DNA from: Paecilomyces variotii
Taxonomy: Eukaryota
Strand: one strand, 5' to 3'
Length of the DNA: 64,000 nucleotides
Assembly (NCBI GenBank): GCA_004022145.1
Contig: RCNU01000008.1
Both the position numbers and the translations under genes were made by a program. Numbering within the stretch: the stretch's first letter is position 1; each line of letters starts with the position of its first letter. Shown here in pieces: positions 13,056 through 24,724 of the stretch. Under the pieces are notes generated by a model that was not told the DNA's origin, did not search any database, and saw only the letters and a program-made list of their open reading frames with translations.

Positions 13056-13597
13056 TTGATTGTGATTGGTTTGAATATGTATATAGGTGTTGTTTTTGTG
13101 TCGTATATATAGGTTTCCATCTATGCATCTATGGGATGTAATATAGGGCTTGGTGGTTTAAATGTGGATATCACTATATGGAGATGTGATAGGTTGGATG
13201 ACGAGCTGAATGATTGACGCGTGTCCAGGTGCTCCTGTTTTGCAAATTGCGATATGATCCTTTTCATAGCATACATGTCTAGCGGATACGGGAGGGAAGC
13301 ATTGAAGATTTCAATTGTATTTTGTCGGACGTTTAAAATACGGGGTCCGTCAATAACAAGTCAGTCTACCTAATCTAAGCACTCCTGTTCGCTCATAAGG
13401 AAATGGTCAAAACATAACTATAACTAGTCTCTGATCTTATACATCGAGACTTCTCCTTCGGGTAAAGCTTGTGGGATCGATCGTAACAATATGTGCTATC
13501 AGAACTCGTTGGAGTTCCAAAGATATCATAGTTAAAGTTTCAGGTGTAGTTTAATTTTCTTTTCTTTTTTCACATCCTAGCTCGTTTCAGGCAGAGG

Positions 13598-15471
13598 CTA
13601 GATCTTGTCCTTGACGTACAGGTCGACGTACTTGTCGACGTCGTAGTTTTCAAGCTTGGCACGGTCCCAGCCTAGCTCCAGGAACTCGTTGACACGGCTG
13701 GTGTCGTAGTGCGCAGAGATGTGACGCTTGTACTTGGACAGGATCTCGGGCTTGGCCTCCTCGCGACGGAGACGGTGGCCGAGAGGAGCCTCGACGACGA
13801 CCTCGTCGAGGACCGTGCCGTCGTTGAGGATGACGGTCAGGGCGTTGGGGATGGTACGCTTGGCAGGGTCATGGTAGTCCTTGGTGAATTGGGGGTCTTC
13901 CACGCAGCGGATGCGCTTGCGGAGGTCCTCGACAACGGGGGAGGTGGCAGCCTCAGAGCCGTCGGTGTAGTCGTTGGCAGTCAGGCGGTTGTAGACCAGC
14001 ATGACGGACATCATGTACTGCAGAAGCTGTTAGTATAACATCTTTGAATGATGAATCAGGAGGGAAACCTACCTGAACGCAGTGGTCACGGTCAGCAAAG
14101 TTGTCCATGGGCTTGAACTGCTTGTCAATGATGCGAACGCAAGCTTCGTGCGTGCGGTTGACGATCTCCTTGATGTCAGCGACAGTCTTGCCCATGGCCT
14201 TGAGCTTCTCGTTGACGATCTTGGCGGCCTCGATGGCAGTCTGGGAGTGGAACTCAGCTGAAGCAAGTCAGTATCTCCTATTTTGATCCCGTTGACACAT
14301 GCTGAGAACTTACCAGGGTAGGAGACCTTGAAGAGCACGTTCTCCATGACGTAGCTACCGTACGGGCGCTGGAACTTGAACTTGTTGCCCTTGAACAGGA
14401 CATCGTAGAATCCCCAGACGGGCGCAGACAGAACTGTGGGAATACCCGACTCGCCCTTCTGGATTCTCAGGACCAGGTTGACGGCGCGCTGGCAGGCGTC
14501 TCCGGCCGCCCACGACTTTCGGGACATCGTGTTGGGGGAGTGACGGTAAGTACGCAGACTCTGGCCATCAGCCCATGCCTGGGTGATGGCATCAGCAGTC
14601 TGAGACTCGGTCAGGCCCAGCATCTTGGACACGACGGCCGCCGTGGCAACCTTGACCAGCACGACGTGGTCCAGGCCGACCTTGTTGAAAGAGTTCTCCA
14701 GAGCCAGGACACCCTGGATCTCGTGAGCCTTGATCATGCCCTCTAGGACATCCTTGATCTTGAGGATCTTGCCATTGCCCAGGTTGCCGCCAGCACGGTT
14801 CGTTCGGGAGATCCAGTCGGCCACGGCCAGAATACCTCCCAGGTTGTCGGACGGATGACCCCACTCAGCGGCCAGCCAGCAGTCATTGTAGTCCAGCCAG
14901 CGGATCATGGCGCCAATGTTGAAAGCGCCATTGACCGGGTCGAGCTGGTAGGGCGTTCCGGGCACACGAGTTCCATTGGGGACGGTGGTGCCGGGAACGA
15001 TGGGGCCCAGCAGCTTGGTGCACTCCTTGAATCTGAGGGCCTCAAGACCACATCCCAGGGTGTCCAGGAAAACCAGACGGGCAGTGTCGTACTGTGAATC
15101 AATTCCATTCAGTCAGTCAACTTCACTTTCTCTAGTGCAAGGATATCAACAGGCCACTGCGTCTCAGCAACCCGAGGGACACCTACGGCCAGATCGGAGT
15201 CAATGTTGTAGTTGTGGATGTAGCTGGCCATGTCCTTGATCTCGGGATCGTAGACCCTCTCCGTCGCGGGAGGAGCCGCTGCGGCATACTGCTTGGAAGC
15301 CATGCTGGAGAATCGCTGGACTCTCGAAGACGTAAGAGTGGTTGTGCGGTTGTTGCAAAGAATTGAAGCAGCTCCAGCGCGCGAGCTCGACAACGAGGCG
15401 ATGCGGGATGTGCCCAAAGTGCGGGGGGACCTGTGGGTCAGCCGTCTCAATGCTGAACCGGAGGCAGACAT
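13598..15471 (-). CDS. prpD: 2-methylcitrate dehydratase, mitochondrial, multi-exon
   Basis: [41 protein letters not shown]; Arg/Ser-rich presequence from ATG 15471; three GT-AG introns. Confidence 0.95.
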
Positions 15472-15529
15472 AATTAAGGAAGACAAAAAAAAGAGACAAC
15501 AGATGGGATTGTATACCAGCAGCAGACAG

Positions 15530-15560
15530 GAGGAGAGAGAGAGAGAGAGAGAGAGAGAGG
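15530..15560. repeat. (GA)n / CT-rich tract upstream of prpD
   Basis: gagagaga run; pyrimidine-rich on the prpD sense strand. Confidence 0.85.
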
Positions 15561-16629
15561 CCGTCAGCAGAAGAAAAGACAAGAGCTAAAGAAGAAAGAA
15601 GAAAATGCTGTGATGAGCGGTCGACGAAGCTCTGATCTCATGGCGCGTTGAGAGCTTCGCAGGGATATCGCCGGCACCCCTGCCGAAGCCGAGGTCAGTA
15701 CATTATTACTGTATTTGCTTCACCATCTCTTCTCTCCGTTTCCCGCTGTCTTTCTTGCGGTTATCGGCGGTTGTCTGGTTCGTTGCTTTGTCCATGTTGT
15801 CGTCTTCGTGTGTTCCCAGCAGTTGATCCCTCAAGCATTTGCTGCAGGAGCGCAGCTGGATGGATTGCAATTCCTGACGATGGAGATGATCGACATTCGA
15901 CATTCTCCTTGGTTTACAGCATTCGAGAAGGTCCACGCATAATACAGGACAAACAGTGGTCGAGCAGCCATCCTGGTATGTCTCAACGATTACTCCGGTG
16001 CCGGGATTTACAGTATTCGTCCGGTTTCAAGTCTTCTGGTCTATCTACTCCGTATCCCACGGCAATTCAGGCTCGTCGGCTTCCATCGGTAAACTCTTCT
16101 CGGCTTTCCCTCTCCTTTCCCCGGACCCCGCACGGACTCGGTGGGCCTCAAGAACTCTAGAGCGCGCCCGTTGTGTTTACTGCTGTTTAGGGTGAACTCT
16201 AGCGGCTCTAGGAGTACTTACTTACATTTGCCTACAGCACGAGTGGACGAGAAATAATCAAAACAGTAACAGGACAAATGCTGACCTTGATTTGGAAGTG
16301 TTGTACAGTAAAAGGCTCTTCTTGTCCCAACACAGAACAACATCTGAGCAGGCTATGGTGGTAATGGTACAGTCAAAGCAGGGTATAATAGAGAAAAGCG
16401 GCCTTGCACTCAGTATCCGATAAACAAAACAACATCGCACATCCCAACACCAGAACAATGAGTATCTACAGAGAGGAGGGTTATTGGCTGCACAAGACAC
16501 CGAAGCGCATCGGTACAGATCCAAGTCGGTAAGAGTGTTCTGCTTCCTGAGTTCGTTCCGGCATCAGAACCGACCATCCCATTCGCTGCGTACACAGCAT
16601 GATTCGCAGCCTATCTGCGAGCAGAAACC

Positions 16630-18714
16630 CTAGCAGTGCATCGATTGCTCCGATGCCGCTACTTGTAATTCAGCCTCATCGGTCCGCCGGAGTGACTTGA
16701 TGATCTCCCGATAAAGCGCTCTGGCGACGGCAGGCGGCACCGCGTTGCCAATCTGCTTGCGCACCTCTCTCGGTCCGAAATGGTGGTTCAACGGAAACGT
16801 CTGCAGGCAGGCAAACTCTCGGTTCGTGAACCCCCGTTTTCCACTGGGATGGTGGTTGTTCTCGCCGCCGCCGCATGTGATCGTCCTGGCCTGGGTGCGA
16901 GGGTCGAAGGGACGCTTGAAACCGTTGCGACGACCACGCTCCAGAGCTCCCATCACATCATGATCAGGAGCATCTCGAGGAATTCGAGAGATCATCGTCT
17001 CGATGGTTGTGTATGGCAGCAGTCTAGAGTTTCTGTCCCCGTGGGTAGGGCGAGGAAATTGGGGCAAGTCCTCCCCGGGCCTGAATGGATCTTAGTAAAG
17101 ATGGAATCACAGGAGAAATTAAACATACCCAGATGCAATGATGAACAGCCTCTTGCGACTTTGCGGCACACCATACTGCGAACAGTCTAACACTCCACAA
17201 CGCACAGAATACCCGATCTCAACAAAGTCCTGGATGACCGCGAAGAAGGTTTCCCGATGCCGCTCGGATAGTCCCGAGGTCTCCTCCATGGTGTGTATGC
17301 GAGGCTTCGACCTCTCGATTATATCCCGACAAGAAAATATGCAGGCAGAATTGGCGTCATCGTTGCGACCGTTGATGGTATGCGCCGGGGAGAATGTCTG
17401 GCAGGGCGGGGATCCATGGCTGACGTCCACTTTGAGCTCGCTGGGATGGTTGGTCAAGAAGTTGGTCACATCAGCGACCTCACAGACAACATCCGGGAAG
17501 TTGGGTCCGTACGACTCAATCGCATGGTGGCTCTTGTCGAATGCCCATTTGATCGATAGCCCGGCTTCCACCGCGCCTCGCGATACACCTCCTGCTCCAC
17601 AAAACCCATCGCCGAAGGTATATTGCCTGGAGTCCTTGGTCCGTCCGACGCCATTGGATGGCTGAGTCAAGTCAACAGCAACCGGTCCTTCAAGATCGAT
17701 CACCGTATTTGCGCTATAGCGAGCTTTCTTGGCACTTCCAAATGGTTCCGGGTCGCCTCTCCAGTTTCGTCTCAGAACATGGTGAGGCACACTGTACCCG
17801 TCGTCTGCCTCTGTTGCTGATAGATATTCGATAGCCCCTTCACCTGTTTCTGTGTTGCTTTTCCCCGCGACTGTCGTCTCTTTGAGGCGGCAGTAGAGCT
17901 CGCCACGTCTCCTCATCTCGTTTTCAGATGTGAAGAGATGCCGTGAGTCAACAGAGCTGTTACATGGGTATCGTGCATTGGTAAGATGGAGCACCCTGAA
18001 GCGCTTCACCCTCCCAAGTGGCACATCCTCGTGAACATGGCTCTCCGGGTGCTCGCTGATAATCCAGCAGAGCTCGTTCACCCACTTCGGGTGTCGCGAA
18101 TCCATAGTCTCCAGTCTCCTGAACCGCTGTCCATTGAGGAACACGCGTCCAGAACGTTCTTGGAAGATGTGGATAATCCGTAGGAACGTGCCGTCATGGA
18201 GCTCAACTGACTGACCCGCACTATAGCACGAGCCCTGGTCCCAAAAGAAGGGGGTCACTTGCGGCTCACCTTCTGGTCCCCGAAAAGGGCTGGCCTCAGG
18301 GGAGTCAGTTATGACAGTGGTCCTTGCTGCCCTTGAAACCCGCGCATCGGTAAGGTATTCTCCCGGTTGAAAGGGTCTGTCCAGATCATCTAGATCATCG
18401 GTGAGGTCGATCACTTCTGGAACAGCTTCTCGACTTGCCGGACTGCCAACCCGATTGCTTGATGCTCTCTGTATACTTATGGCGGATCTCGGGCTTAGCG
18501 ATCTCAAAAAGCACTGAGCATCGGGGTCGTTGACAACAGTCTCGCTCCCATCAGTGATCGTAGAACTGTTGTCGCTGACAATGCTCTGCCCTCGCGATGT
18601 GTACGCAGCTGGGCTCTTTCTGTGGTGTCCATAGGGTCTGCCGACGTCACAGTCGGACTCATCATCAATTTGTATGGGGTTTGAAAGAGAACCGGGGGGT
18701 GATGAAGGTGGCAT
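16630..18714 (-). CDS. dmtA: C5-cytosine methyltransferase of the RID/Masc1/DmtA family, 2 exons
   Basis: Motif I FCGAGG, IV SPPCQ, VI MEET (ExT instead of ENV, typical of RID/Masc1), VIII QSRKR, IX RGFTNREFACLQTFP, X IGNAVPP; intron 17081-17128; start codon uncertain. Confidence 0.9.
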
Positions 18715-19955
18715 CCTGGAGGGACGAAAACCGCAGCAGATAGACTCCGACCAAGGGCGTAATTCAGCAGTGAACGAAAGAGATGTCAGCAAAAGGCAAG
18801 CAGCAAATGCATCACCTGTTCTGGATCTGACTTCAGACGGAAATGATAGAAAGATGAGAGATATAGTAAATGAAGTGAGTTGTAAAAGACCTGACTAGTA
18901 GTCTGCTACAGATACTCTGGACCAGAAAGACAGAAGGTCAGGCATATATGGATCTGTCTCCCAGATATGAGGATCAGTCCAGATAAAAGGCGAGGAGAAA
19001 AGATTGTGAGTTGTCAAAAAGTGAAGTTGAATAAGAACATGCTTTGACAGGCCTACAATATAACTTCTTTGGGGGAAGGACTGAAGTAACTGAAAGTCCA
19101 GAGAGCTGTGACCACATAGGATCTGTATGTAAAGAAGAGATGAGATCACCAGGAAAGATTCCAGTGATTTGTGCTGTAGTAGCCAGATTAGTTCCAGGAC
19201 AGACAGCGGCAGGAATATTCAATCCTGCGCATATTCACATAGCTTTAGCTGCACAGTGAATGGCAGGCAAGAAACACAAAGCATTCTGGGTAAAGTGCAC
19301 AATAAAGCATCATTTTTAACCATGTTCTTCCACACTAGGCTGGAGAATAGGTATCTGCTTGATTCCTGTATGGATTCCATTGTCGCAGAGACAACTGTAA
19401 GGCCAGACAAATGCCATGAGAGCAAAGATGCCACTCTAAGTTATCAAGTGATAAACAACCCATTAGAAAGCTGTTGTAAGTGCTCGGTCCGAGAACGGCC
19501 GCCATCACTGCTGAGTCAGCGTATCTCCCGGAAAAACCGCCACGCCGAACCAGAAAAAATTTCGCAGCAAGAAATCTCTTTGGTCAGTGTGGGCAGCGCA
19601 AAAAACTCTGGGTCGCACTCTTGACCTGCAGTGGAGAAAAGCGCCTTGGGATATCATCCGCTCCCTGGGACGAACTCATTTTCCTTTCTAATACTCCTCA
19701 TAATGTCTCCTCTCCTCTCGGGTCTCCCCCAGACATTCCTCCTTGCCTTGCAGGTTGATTCCTAGCAGTCCGGTCCCCAGTCGCAGCGGGTGATCTTTCA
19801 CTGCTGCGTCTGCTTAGGAGTCTCTATCTACAACCTGCGAAGACGGCCGTGAATTCCGCCTTTTCCGGCCTCGTCTGTGTGAAGAGAAATTCGATCTCTT
19901 AGAAGTGAGTATGGCCTGAGCAAGCAATTCATTTCAGTACTCCCAAGTCGACTAG

Positions 19956-20030
19956 TCGCATGATGAGCATTTGTTTTTATAGATGTTAGACTACTGAAGC
20001 ATCTTTGCGGAAAATTTTCAAGCCTGATTT
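19956..20030 (+). ncRNA. Box C/D snoRNA, snR58-like (LSU rRNA Cm663 equivalent), in the ade4 5'UTR intron
   Basis: ATGATGA 19960-19966; guide ATAGATGTTAGACT 19979-19992 complementary to LSU GGAGUCUAACAUCUA; CTGA 19994-19997 (the +5 rule selects the C of AGUC); second CTGA 20024-20027; inside GTGAGT(19905)...CTGAC...TAG(20111) intron; ends uncertain. Confidence 0.75.
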
Positions 20031-20132
20031 TTGCCTCTTTACCCCACCTTTGCCTCTTCTTCCTCCCATTTACAGGTCTGGCAGGTCGAACTGACTGCTT
20101 CCTCTGTCTAGGACCATTTCCACTCCTTCAGA

Positions 20133-22083
20133 ATGTGTGGAATTCTCGCAGAGATCCTGGCGAACCCTAATGGTTCTGCCGCAGTCGATCTGCACGAAGC
20201 GCTCTACCTGCTCCAACGTGAGTAAACCCTTCTATCGGACCATCATACTCCGTGAGACTCCGGCGAAATATGGGAGTCATTGTGGCGCGGCTACCGCATT
20301 TCATATCATCCGTTTTCGATTTCTCTCGTGTATATACTGACTGGGGACTCTCGAAACAGATCGTGGCCAGGATGCTGCGGGTATCGCTACTTGTGCCTCT
20401 GGCGGTAGGATCTACCAGCTCAAATCCAACGGTATGGCCGCCAAGGTCTTCCAGGATGGCGCCAGAGTCGCAGACCTACCCGGTTTCATGGGAATCGGCC
20501 ACCTCAGGTATCCCACTGCGGGCAGCAGTGCCAACGCGGAAGCCCAACCGTTCTATGTGAACAGCCCGTACGGTATCTGTCTTGCGCATAACGGAAACTT
20601 GATCAACGCCCCGGAACTGAAGCGGTATCTCGACCTCGAGGCACACCGTCACATCAACACCGACAGTGACAGTGAACTGATGTTGAACATCTTCGCCAAC
20701 GAGCTCAACGAGACCAAGAAGGCACGCGTGAACAAGGAAGATGTGTTCGCCAGTCTTGGTCGGATGTACAAGCAGTGCCAGGGCGGCTGGGCCTGTACCG
20801 CCATGCTTGCAGGTTTCGGGCTGCTGGGCTTCCGAGACTCCTATGGTATCCGTCCTTTGGTTCTGGGTTCTAGACCTTCCCTCGATGGGAAAGGTATGGA
20901 CTACATGATGGCCTCCGAATCGGTCGCCTTGGACCAACTCGGCTTCACCAACATCCGCGACATTCAGCCCGGAGAGGCAGTCATCATCGAGAAGGGTGGT
21001 GAGCCGGTGTTCCGTCAGGTTGCGCCGAAGATGAAGTACGCGCCGGATATCTTCGAATACGTCTACTTCGCTCGTCCGGACTCCGTCATCGACGGCATTA
21101 GCGTGTACCGTAGCCGACAGAGAATGGGTGATCGTCTGGCCGCACGCATCCTTGACGTCCTGGGCCCGGAGGTCGTGAAGAACATCGATGTAGTCATCCC
21201 TATTCCCGAGACTTCCAACACGTCAGCCGCCAACGTTGCGCGCTACTTGGACAAGCCGTATTGCCAAGGCTTCGTGAAGAACCGTTACGTCTTCCGCACG
21301 TTCATTATGCCGGAACAGAAGACCCGACAGAAGGGTGTGCGCCGCAAGCTTAACGCCATGAAGTCCGAGTTCAAGGGTCGTAATGTTCTCCTGGTGGATG
21401 ACAGTATTGTGCGTGGAACCACAAGTCGAGAGATTGTAACGATGGCCAGGGAAGCGGGTGCGAAGCAGGTCCATTTCGCCAGTTGCGCCCCACCAATTAC
21501 GTGAGTTTCTTTCTCAGTATTCCCAGACCAGACACATACTAACCGCTGCAGGCACGCTCATATCTATGGTATCGATTTGGCTTCACCGAGTGAGCTGGTT
21601 GCGCACAACCGTGATCCCGCTGAAATCGCAAAACACATTGGAGCCGACAGCGTCGTCTACCAGACCCTGGAGGACCTCAATGCGTCCTGCGCTGAGATCG
21701 CGCAGGAGAATGGATTGGCAGAGCCCAACCAATTCGAAGTTGGTGTCTTCTGTGGTAGCTACATTACCCCTGTCTCTGAGGGTTACTTTGAGCATCTGGA
21801 GAAAGTGCGCGGCGAAGGCCGTAAGCTCAAGGTTATGGACCGTGCAAGAGAGGCAGTCGCCAGCGGTCTCGCTAGTAAGACAGACTATGAAATTGCTGCC
21901 AATGGCGTGAAACTCGACGACCGGGGAAAGGTCGTACCCGCCTCCACCCCTAGCGAGTCTGAAGTCCCTCAAGTGAGCTTCAGTGCAGCTCGCGAGGCTC
22001 CCCAAGCGGTAGAGGCTTTGGAGTCACCAAAAGTCAGGGATCGTATGGACATCAGCATCCACAACTTTGGTGATTATGCATAG
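20133..22083 (+). CDS. ade4: Amidophosphoribosyltransferase, 3 exons
   Basis: N-terminal MCGI (catalytic Cys), QHRGQDAAG across intron 20218-20359, [29 protein letters not shown] motif; second intron ~21501-21551. Confidence 0.96.
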
Positions 22084-22604
22084 ACAGCTAAGGTTTAGAT
22101 GGACTGACCTAGCATGGAGTTTAGAAGGTCATGGGCTTTATATGATGTTTCAAATCTTGATGCTGCTATATGAAACATTGGGGCGGAACCAAAATGTGTC
22201 CATGGCCATGTCGAGAAATTTTCTTCAGATACAAAAAGAATAGTGACCTGCGAGCAATCTGAAAGTGCTCGTGCTCGTGCTCGTGCTCTTTCGAGAGAAA
22301 AGTACAGTGTACATCGTGCTCATCTATATACCCTTGAACGATGATTAGAAATACAATGAAGAAATAGAATGTCATCCCGGCGACGGGGTTCGCACTAAAT
22401 ATCCACTTTCTCGACCTCCACGAATAATCCTGCCATGACTCCCATTCTGAATGTCTCCGAGTACCTACTATCGCAGATAAGGGACTGAAATTCTGATCTC
22501 TCAGGAACTGTGGAGGTCCGCCTGATTTTGATTTTTTGACACAGCAAGATGTTTTACTGCCTTTGAATATTGACGTCTCTAGTATGATACATATGCTCCA
22601 TGCT

Positions 22605-22620
22605 ATCACGTGCACGTGAT
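22605..22620. promoter_or_regulatory. Perfect 16-bp palindrome with two CACGTG E-boxes
   Basis: ATCACGTGCACGTGAT, ~300 bp upstream of the glycosylase ATG. Confidence 0.5.
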
Positions 22621-22921
22621 GTAACATTGACGGCCATGAAGTCACTGAGACTGCTCAAGATGCTCTCTCATTTGACAAAGCCCGCATTCTCTCAGATCTC
22701 CCATTCGTTCCATGGATCTATCGCTTTCTGCATCCATGAGCGTGACTGCAGGGATACTATTCCAGTTATAGGAAGTACCTGGAGTCTATTATCCTTTCTC
22801 CTGAGCTTATCGTGCTCTTTGGTATCTACAAAGCGCCTTTGATAATTGTGCTACTTCATCTCTATTCCTATTATACAGTTCAAGATACCCCTTTGTATTT
22901 TATTTCTATAACCGATAAACC

Positions 22922-24274
22922 ATGGAAAGACGTGTTACGCGCTCTGCTGCAAAAGCAGCTATTCTGCTTGCTGCAACAACTGAGCAAACTGGACAAGCAC
23001 CGCCATCTGAAATAAAGGGTGAAAGCGTACCACCTAAAAAGAAGAGGAAGAGGAATAATACGGTCGCAGAACCTGACATCAATGAACTGCCTCACAATCT
23101 GGGCAAAGCCCCTATTCCCACGACATCGTCGACAACGGCAGATAAGCTTCAGGGGGGAAACACAGCAGTGAAGAATGGGAAGTTAGATCGCATAAAGGAT
23201 GAACTGCAAGATACTGTTGATAAAGCAACAACAACACTGGATGCAAAGGCTGAGGGAGGGAAAGGGAAGAGCAATAATCCATATGGTCTCACACCTGGCG
23301 TTAGTCCATTCCCTGAATGGTCCCGACCGACACCAGAAGAGTGTGAGGAAGTCAATAAACTCCTCTCAAGTGTCCATGGGGAAGTCATTGCGCCGACATC
23401 TATACCTGAACCATCTCTTACCGTCACTGGATGTGGAGAAGTCCCGTCTGTTCTCGATGCTCTTATTCGAACCCTCCTGAGTGGTGCAACCACTGGAAAT
23501 AATTCTGCTATGGCTTTCCAGGGGTTAGTCCAGAAGTTTGGCATTCTCCCTGATGGCATCGGGAAAGGCAGTGTCAACTGGGACGCCGTCCGTCAAGCTC
23601 CAGTTAAAGATATCTTCCAGGCTATTAAGCGCGGTGGATTGGCAGAGTTGAAAAGCAAACGGATCAAAGAGATCCTGAATATGGTCTACGAGGAGAACGT
23701 GCAACGTCGAGACGCTCTCTTGAAGGCCAAAAAGGAGGGTACAGCTGAACCTCCGGGGGCCAAAAATGAGACGGAGGTCGAGAAGCAGAACGAGATCGAC
23801 CGCGCAAATGAACATGTGCTCTCGCTGAACCATATCCATTCTCTCAGCAGCGAAGATGCCATGCTGGAACTAGTCAAGTACCCGGGAATCGGGCCAAAGA
23901 CGGCAGCTTGCGTTATCCTCTTCTGCTTACAGCGTCCTTGTTTTGCCGTGGACACTCACATCTTCCGGATTACCAAGTGGCTCGGCTGGATACCGTCAGA
24001 GAAGGTTGATGAGGTCAAAGCCTTCAGTCATCTGGAAGTCCGTATTCCGGATCATCTGAAGTATTCTCTCCATCAGCTCTTTATCCGTCATGGAAAATCC
24101 TGTCCTCGCTGCCGGGCTATTACGGGAGAGAACAGCGAAGGATGGGAAGAGGGATGCGTTATTGACCATCTTGTTAAGCGGACGGGCAAACGCAAGGGAG
24201 CTCCAACGTCGGCTCCCAAGGCGAAGAATAGGAAGTCTCGTGGAGGAAAAGAAGATGATGACGAGAGCGAATAG
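22922..24274 (+). CDS. HhH-GPD family DNA glycosylase (endonuclease III / DEMETER-like core)
   Basis: HhH motif LVKYPGIGPKTA, FAVDTH catalytic Asp, C-terminal HGKSCPRC...C; basic NLS-like stretches; intronless. Confidence 0.9.
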   Translation: MERRVTRSAAKAAILLAATTEQTGQAPPSEIKGESVPPKKKRKRNNTVAEPDINELPHNLGKAPIPTTSSTTADKLQGGNTAVKNGKLDRIKDELQDTVDKATTTLDAKAEGGKGKSNNPYGLTPGVSPFPEWSRPTPEECEEVNKLLSSVHGEVIAPTSIPEPSLTVTGCGEVPSVLDALIRTLLSGATTGNNSAMAFQGLVQKFGILPDGIGKGSVNWDAVRQAPVKDIFQAIKRGGLAELKSKRIKEILNMVYEENVQRRDALLKAKKEGTAEPPGAKNETEVEKQNEIDRANEHVLSLNHIHSLSSEDAMLELVKYPGIGPKTAACVILFCLQRPCFAVDTHIFRITKWLGWIPSEKVDEVKAFSHLEVRIPDHLKYSLHQLFIRHGKSCPRCRAITGENSEGWEEGCVIDHLVKRTGKRKGAPTSAPKAKNRKSRGGKEDDDESE

Positions 24275-24724
24275 CTTTCTCTAAAAATATGCTGATCTAT
24301 GGGGCCCTGTTTGAGGCCTATTTAGCTATTGCAGATAATATTTAGTTCTGCATTTTTATTTCGATTTGCGATGTCTTCTGAAAATGCATAGCTAGACGCA
24401 TAAATAAATATTTACATGAGACTGTAGTCTGGAAAAGACAATATGGACCTTTAAAACTTTAAGATTTAATCCAATAATCCAAGTATAGCAAGCCATAACT
24501 AAATGAGGCAATACACATGACTTACAAGAATTTCTACATCTTTTTGTCTTCATATCGCATGTTTGATTATCTTGCTGTTCGCCAGTCGGCCCACCTCGCC
24601 CGAACAAGCTCCGCGTTCCCCGCCAACTCTAAAAGTTCAAGCCCCTTAAATTAAAGGCCGCAAAAGCCATAACTACAACAGAAAGAGTTGTCTACACGGC
24701 CTTTCCATCCCCGGATCCCTCAGG

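Noticed and set aside
15648-16524. Short ORFs between prpD and dmtA
   Set aside because: No motifs or codon bias; consistent with promoter and 3'UTR sequence
20218-20359. gactcc/ggagtc hairpin in the first coding intron of ade4
   Set aside because: Short stem with no snoRNA boxes or recognisable guide
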